This document shows, one piece after another, positions 48,949 through 64,000 of a stretch of DNA of 64,000 nucleotides (its first letter is position 1; every line of letters starts with the position of its first letter). The DNA comes from Phallusia mammillata (taxonomy: Eukaryota). The notes under the pieces were generated by a model. The model saw nothing but the letters and a program-made list of their open reading frames with translations. It searched no databases and was not told where the DNA came from. The stretch is from assembly GCA_965637545.1 (NCBI GenBank), contig OZ281496.1, forward strand, positions 28,148,001 through 28,212,000, written 5' to 3'. The translations under genes were made by a program, and so were the position numbers.

Positions 48949-49368
48949 ACAAAATCATTACATTTGGGAATATATCAACTATTTAATTTGCTAGAAGATA
49001 AACACAATGTTACCCTCGTTTTAGCATAATTTGTAGCACTTATCCTTAATATTTTGTGACGTTTTAAAGTTATAATAGGCATGTAAAAGACTCCATAAAA
49101 AACGAGAACAACAGACATTTTAGTCCGGCTAACAAAGTTTCGTCGCAAACCTTATTTAGCCGTTCGCTTCACCTCACTCAGTAAACACAAAAGCCTTGAT
49201 GGCGCAATATCGTCACGGGCCGATACGCAAACACTCCTTCGTATAACTTTTCAGCACACCTTGAGACGGGCGGTCGAAGTACAGCAGAGTCACAATCGTT
49301 AAAGAAACGTTCCTAATAAAGTAAAACAGTGCAGTTTTATGTTGTGTTTGAGGTAATCTTAAGCAAAG

Positions 49369-50889
49369 ATGGAACACAATCTTTCAGTTTTGGAAAGGTG
49401 TAAAAATTGCACTGCTAATGAAACCAATATAACTGCTGTTGTGCCGAATGGAAAGAATGATGTCAATTTTCCTTGGCTTCCTGTTGTTTATGTAGTCCCA
49501 GTGGTTACTATTATCGCATTTCTGTATCTCTTGCTACGGCGGTATTATACTAAGTTGCGTCGGGCTGTTCAGCAGCCTCTCGCCTTGACAGTTCAACCTT
49601 GCTATCAGTCAAACGCTAAAGAATCTTGCCTTAAAGCTCCAACTGCTTTGCAGAAGGTTCAAGAGCAAGGCGTCAAAGTGATTTTATCAGATATTTCAGA
49701 AACAAGAAATACTCTAAAACCGGTTTCGACCTCAACAGAAAACGCTAAAATCTTGAGTATAACTCTGGGGCCTAAAGGTGAAACTGTACGAAAGGGTTGT
49801 TACACTCTAATATTTCCTCCTGGTGCATTGGACAAAAATACTGATGTTGAAATCTCAGTCTTGGAAAATGAGGACAGCACTATATCAGGGCATTTCAGAA
49901 TCGCCCCTGTGTTACGATGCGAACCTAGCGGATTATCGTTCAAAAAACCGTTTCAAGTTGTTGTTGAAAGCAGGTTTTTCGCCTGGACCTCAGACAAACT
50001 TGTTGCAGCTAAAGTTTCGGTGCGGGAAAACGCATTTTTGCCTTGGGAAGACGAGTCAACTACTTTGCTAGGTCATGACGGAAAGGCTGCGTTTTCGGCT
50101 ACGCATTTTTCAGGTCGATCTATCGACTGCAACCTAGAGGACCGGAGTGATGTAGGAAGGGATATGTGCACTTTTGGATATTTGTCTGTTTTGGATCATC
50201 AAGCCACGGAGCTTACTTGGTACGTTTTAGACAAACAAAGTAATGATGACTATGAACGTATCTGTAAGCGTCACATCAAGGACAGTGATGCAGTTTCATA
50301 CCAAGTTATGAAGGTTAACTTAGATTACAGGCTGAAATTAACGTTGACCTCAAACAGCAGTGTAAATTTGGAGCCAAAAGTGGAATTTATTGAAAGCTGG
50401 GATCTTTGCAGTCTAAACACAAGATCAAAGAAATTTTTGCTAGAACTGGGTGATGAATATGTTAAAAGGTCAACAGTGAAATACAATGTTAAACACCAAA
50501 CAATAAGAATGGACATGCTTGAGTACGGCGACACGGGCAATACGATTGCGCAAGGCCGATTCTTTGTTCAGTGGGGTTTGGCTCGTAGCGAATCTCAAAC
50601 TAGCCTTCAATTCGTCGGAGGAACACAAAATCTAAGTCTGGGGAACAACGGCACAACTAGTTTCAGTTCGTTTTCGGAAAGCTCCCAAAACTCACAAAGC
50701 AATTTAAGTTTACCATTGGCCGAGCAGTCAGTGCAAAACGAGGACATTCGTGGTTTACCAGCTGCGCGGGCTCAACTTCCTTCCACACCAAACGACAGTC
50801 GCGCATCGACCTTAAACAGGCCTGCGATCCAATCTCCAATGGCCTTTAACCAATCAGCAAACGATTTGGTGTTTTTTAAGGTTGTTTGA
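49369..50889 (+). CDS. Array paralogue H (most divergent): N-glycosylated ectodomain + TM + ZU5(HFS) + UPA-like + RHIM-like + Ser/Gln/Pro tail, 506 aa
   Basis: ATG-to-stop ORF; sequons NLS, NCT, NET, NIT before TM WLPVVYVVPVVTIIAFLYLLL; ZU5 LGPKG...LIFPPGAL...IAPVLRCEPSGLSFKKPF; THFS at 50101-50112; LQFVGGTQNLSLGNN at 50605-50649. Confidence 0.88.
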   Translation: MEHNLSVLERCKNCTANETNITAVVPNGKNDVNFPWLPVVYVVPVVTIIAFLYLLLRRYYTKLRRAVQQPLALTVQPCYQSNAKESCLKAPTALQKVQEQGVKVILSDISETRNTLKPVSTSTENAKILSITLGPKGETVRKGCYTLIFPPGALDKNTDVEISVLENEDSTISGHFRIAPVLRCEPSGLSFKKPFQVVVESRFFAWTSDKLVAAKVSVRENAFLPWEDESTTLLGHDGKAAFSATHFSGRSIDCNLEDRSDVGRDMCTFGYLSVLDHQATELTWYVLDKQSNDDYERICKRHIKDSDAVSYQVMKVNLDYRLKLTLTSNSSVNLEPKVEFIESWDLCSLNTRSKKFLLELGDEYVKRSTVKYNVKHQTIRMDMLEYGDTGNTIAQGRFFVQWGLARSESQTSLQFVGGTQNLSLGNNGTTSFSSFSESSQNSQSNLSLPLAEQSVQNEDIRGLPAARAQLPSTPNDSRASTLNRPAIQSPMAFNQSANDLVFFKVV

Positions 50890-51337
50890 CATGCCAATAG
50901 CCTAAACTGCGTGGCCTCTGCTTTATCGGTTGTGAAAAGTATTTTGTATGTGCTTACTTTTCGATCATTGAGCTCTAATTTATTTTCTTTTTGGTGCTAC
51001 AGTAGCTAACTCGTTATGTCGGTTGCATTCTTTTCGATTTAAAATGGTACCAAACATCATATTTTTTTGTATCTTCGATGAGTTAACACACTCAATCCGG
51101 TAATTTTTACTGCTTTGTCTGTAAATACAAGTTTTGTACATTTTTGCATGTGTTGTACTATTATTCTGATTAAAAACAGTTATTTCCGATAAAAAATGAA
51201 GTTCTTAGAAAAAAAAGAGAAAAAAATATTTTTGGATTTCTTAGTCGAGGATTAAATGTAGGGTCCTTTTTTTCTTTCTTTTCTCTCCCTGGAAGAAAAA
51301 TTCGGCGGTGTTCGTTTGCAACTCAGTTTGAAAATCA

Positions 51338-60677
<9,340 letters not shown>

Positions 60678-60901
60678 ACGTGCATTGTTTTAGGATCACA
60701 TAATCATTGCACTTTACATTTTTTTGGTCGTTATCAGGGCACCTCGACAAATCCTATATGACTGATTAGGGCCGGTGTACTGCTGACGTTATATGCAATC
60801 CCATTGTACATAGCTGCGTAATTGCGTTTCGCCCTACCTTAAACTCTTGCTGTAATTCACTTATGCGTATTATGATATTATTTGACGACTGCAACCAATA
60901 C

Positions 60902-61134
60902 TAGGGATGTGCTGAAGTTTAAGGTTTAAATTTAACGTTTAAAGATCAACTAAAACGTAACTTTAGTATCAATACGAGTCACGTTGTCTACGATACATTT
61001 GATGTTTTATGCATTTAATGGTTTTTTTGGAATATAACGTACAATTTTCAAATGTATTTTGTTACTTTAACAGTACGCAATGCTTATCAAAACATTCAGG
61101 TTTTGATTGAAGTTTTTTCTTCCGGTGCATCACT
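60902..61134. mobile_element. Old hAT-type MITE with TAGGGATG...CATCACTA ends
   Basis: Imperfect TIRs; flanks accaatac / actactac (6 of 8 match). Confidence 0.45.
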
Positions 61135-62308
61135 AACTACTACTAATAGTTATCATTTTCAAATTTGAGGTTTTTTTCAGTGAAAACAAAACCGTTTTAT
61201 GATCACAAATATGATGTATTTGTCTTAATTTCTATGTTGCAACTTCGTAACTACCTATTTACTGTTTTGGGTTTTGAACTGAAAAAACATTGCATTTTTT
61301 CCGTTCAAGGTGATATTACGCTTTATCAAAATGAACAATTGCAAGTTCCGTATGTATAACAATATTACTGCCGAAATATAACGCTCGGTCATCCATTGTC
61401 GTTCTTGTGGCATTGTATGTAGTGTTAGTCGACAAGCATAAGAACGCTTTAAAGTGAAAGACGAAATTGCCAGAAAGATCAAAGAAAACAAAACTGTAAG
61501 AGCAACTTACTTATCATATGTCGAAGATACTCTAGGTTACAAGTTCAAGAAATCTGCTTTGACAGTAAGGTAACATTAGCGTATCTTTCTTTAAACGTTT
61601 CACTTTGTTAATGATCGAGTCGTAAGCACAGTGGTTAAAAGATGGCGGTCTTCCGATGAAGCACGTAAGTTGCAGTAAATAAAACGGTATGAAGATCATT
61701 TTGCTATAGGCTTTTATACCCTCATAGTTATTACTACATCTCAATGTACCAGAGTTTTTACAGAAAACAGTTTTTGCGTGATTGGCATTGACGGTAAATA
61801 GGTAATCGTTTAACCACCCATTTGTGCGCACTTAGTAATACAGTTCTGATCAGAAGCTCGAGCTTTGGGCCGTGGTCTGGCGCTTGGCCATGATCATATT
61901 TTTAACTGGGCCGAAAAGCTATTTAGAGTCAATGCATTATTGTAAAATATTTATCTTTAGTTTTTTAATATTTTGTATAGATTTATAAAAGCACCATCAA
62001 AAAACTAATAAAACCTAATTTTTGTTTCTGGATTTTTGCCCTGTTCGGTCAATTTTACCCACGTAATAGGTTGGTTTGGTTTAATAAAAATATAGTAAAA
62101 ATGCGCTACAGCAAATATTTTAAAATTTTCAGTCTTTTTGATTTCGTATATTTACCGCAATTGCATCATACTAATTAAGTCAAAAAATAGGTCTTATTTT
62201 CGCATTTTTTATTATTTTGGGGTAGTTTGGAACTTTGTGCCTCTGGAAAACTAATTAAGGTTTTCAAGGCATTTCAGGCCACGTCCAGTTAATCAGCCCA
62301 TTCAGCTC

Positions 62309-62494
62309 TGTGATTGGACGGTTGAAGAGCGCCAATGCCACGTTTCAGGAGCAAGCGTTCTGATTGGTCGAAAGAAAAAGAAAAAAGGGAATCGTCACAC
62401 CTTGAACGCGTGCGGCCGATCAGTCTTTCTTTAGCAACTCGTGTTGAAGGTGGTTGTGTTGACGGGAGTCTGCTAGAAGATTGAAAAGATGCAG
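62309..62494 (+). promoter_or_regulatory. CCAAT-box promoter and first exon of a downstream gene; duplicated at 63872-64000
   Basis: Three CCAAT/ATTGG boxes (62313, 62332, 62363) followed by a donor CAG|gtaact at 62494. Confidence 0.55.
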
Positions 62495-62990
62495 GTAACT
62501 TGTAAATTTGCTTGTTTACTTGTTACCTATAATTCTACTTGTTCGGTGTCTATGATGGTAGTAAACTTTGGTGCACACTGGTTTACTCCTGCACAGATAC
62601 CGGAATCAAACTTACATAGTTGGTTAGGGCTTGCAGAAAATTTTTAAGAGCAAAGTTGTGTTGGATCATTTTGTTTCAGATTTAAGTAAGAAGAACAATA
62701 TGATTTGGGAAGACATTGTCTGTGAAGAGGAATGATGATTTACGGAAACAGGCGAGTAAATGTGTTTGTAAATGTTATGAATATAATGTCAAAGTTTGTA
62801 AGTCCAGCATGGGCGGATAGTTTAAACGTGCACTTATTCTGTCTTCGCATGTCGAGATGCTAGATTGTTTTTAATAAACTAGTTAATATATCGCCTTAAA
62901 TACGTGGTACTGCTTCTGCTTTGTTTTGCAGAAAAGGAACACTGATGTCGATTTGAGTTGCAACCTAACTGCGTAAAGGACAAAGAACAG

Positions 62991-63009
62991 ATGCCTAAAG
63001 CTCCAAAAG
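62991..63009 (+). CDS. Possible first coding exon (MPKAPK-G) of an unidentified gene continuing beyond the window
   Basis: ATG CCT AAA GCT CCA AAA G|gtatgt at the end of a likely exon (acceptor ttttgcag near 62931). Too short to assign; recalls the TMA16 N-terminus. Confidence 0.25.
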
Positions 63010-64000
63010 GTATGTTATGTTGAATACGCTTTCAAATAGGCCTGCTTGTGCAAATTATGTAACATAATAATATGTAGGGCTTTATTTATAATCATTTCTA
63101 CCATATTGTAGCGAATATCTAACCCGGTGTTTATGCATGTTGTACTTCAGTTTTTTGCATGTCATGTGTTTTCGGCTATTCGTTCCTCGCAATCGGTGGA
63201 AGTGAGAGTTTATTTTTTTGCCGCTAAAATTAAATTAATATCAAATACATTAATAGTTCTGTTGAATTATCGCATAAGATTTTGGTCGTAATGTTGACTC
63301 ATCCTGTCGTAGAATGTTGACATATGCTTTAGCACATAATAATGTAGCTTTAATTTTCCATAAGTTTCTGCCTCCTTGTTTTATTTCCTGCAGCATACGT
63401 AAATGCGATGCGACCGTATTCCATGACGAGGAGCTAACGTAAAGGAACATGGCCTTTGAATTTGAGGTAACTAATCTAGCCTTACTGTTGTTGTTGTTTT
63501 TTATTAAATTAAAGTCATAAAATATATGTAGCATACAGCCTGTTACATACCACAGCAAAACACTTTACGTATAGTCCTATATGGGTAAATGAACCAACAA
63601 GTCCCGTGATTGTTCGTTTATACCGTTTCTATGACATTGTACATGTAATCTTTGATTTTTTGCCGATGGGGAATAAATGAATGCTACACTTGCGCTACTT
63701 CATTCTTGTTCGACGGCCTCGGTGAAGGTTGCTGGTGTATTTGGACTTCGTGGATTTCTAAGAAGTCTGACGGATGTTTCAACTTCCGAAGAAGAAGTAC
63801 ATACAAATATCAGGTACTCCTGTTTTGCACATTGTTTTTGTGATGCAGAAGTAAACTATTTTTTGCAGTTATGTAATTGGACGGTTGAAGAGCGCCAATG
63901 TGACGTTTCACGAGCAAGCGTTCTGATTGGTCGAACGCAAAAAGAAAACAAGGGGTCATTCTTTCTTGAGCAGCTCGTGGTGAAGGTGGTTGTGTTGACG

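Noticed and set aside
63652-63843. Open frames ending at a donor near 63812 (e.g. MNATLALLHSCSTASVK...)
   Set aside because: No recognisable homology or clear acceptor; cannot be linked to the MPKAPK exon.

Overview
Eukaryotic, AT-rich, intron-rich genomic DNA; an invertebrate chordate such as an ascidian is inferred, not proven. Left to right: (1) a 21-exon KIF17/OSM-3-type kinesin-2 gene on the minus strand (1066-15285); (2) a divergently transcribed secreted protein with signal peptide, kringle, thyroglobulin type-1 and basic/Cys-rich regions (17438 to at least 20836); (3) a 4-exon claudin/PMP22-superfamily gene with a long Arg/Asp-rich N-terminus (28378-30832); (4) a ~19 kb array of seven paralogues (32549-50889) encoding single-pass membrane proteins with a short ectodomain, a ZU5 domain ending in a conserved His-Phe-Ser motif, a UPA-like domain and a C-terminal RHIM-like motif, mixing intact, altered and broken copies; (5) an 11-exon glutathione reductase gene (51338-60677); (6) the 5' end of a further gene with a duplicated CCAAT promoter. 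Introns and spacers carry hAT MITEs with 8-bp TSDs (one nested pair), tRNA-derived SINEs, a Helentron-like element with a 160-bp internal tandem repeat, and a complete type I hammerhead ribozyme in a small retro-insertion. The best candidate for an undescribed system is the TM-ZU5(HFS)-UPA-RHIM-like array. Exon coordinates were read by hand and may be off by a few bases; domain calls are by motif recognition, not database search.
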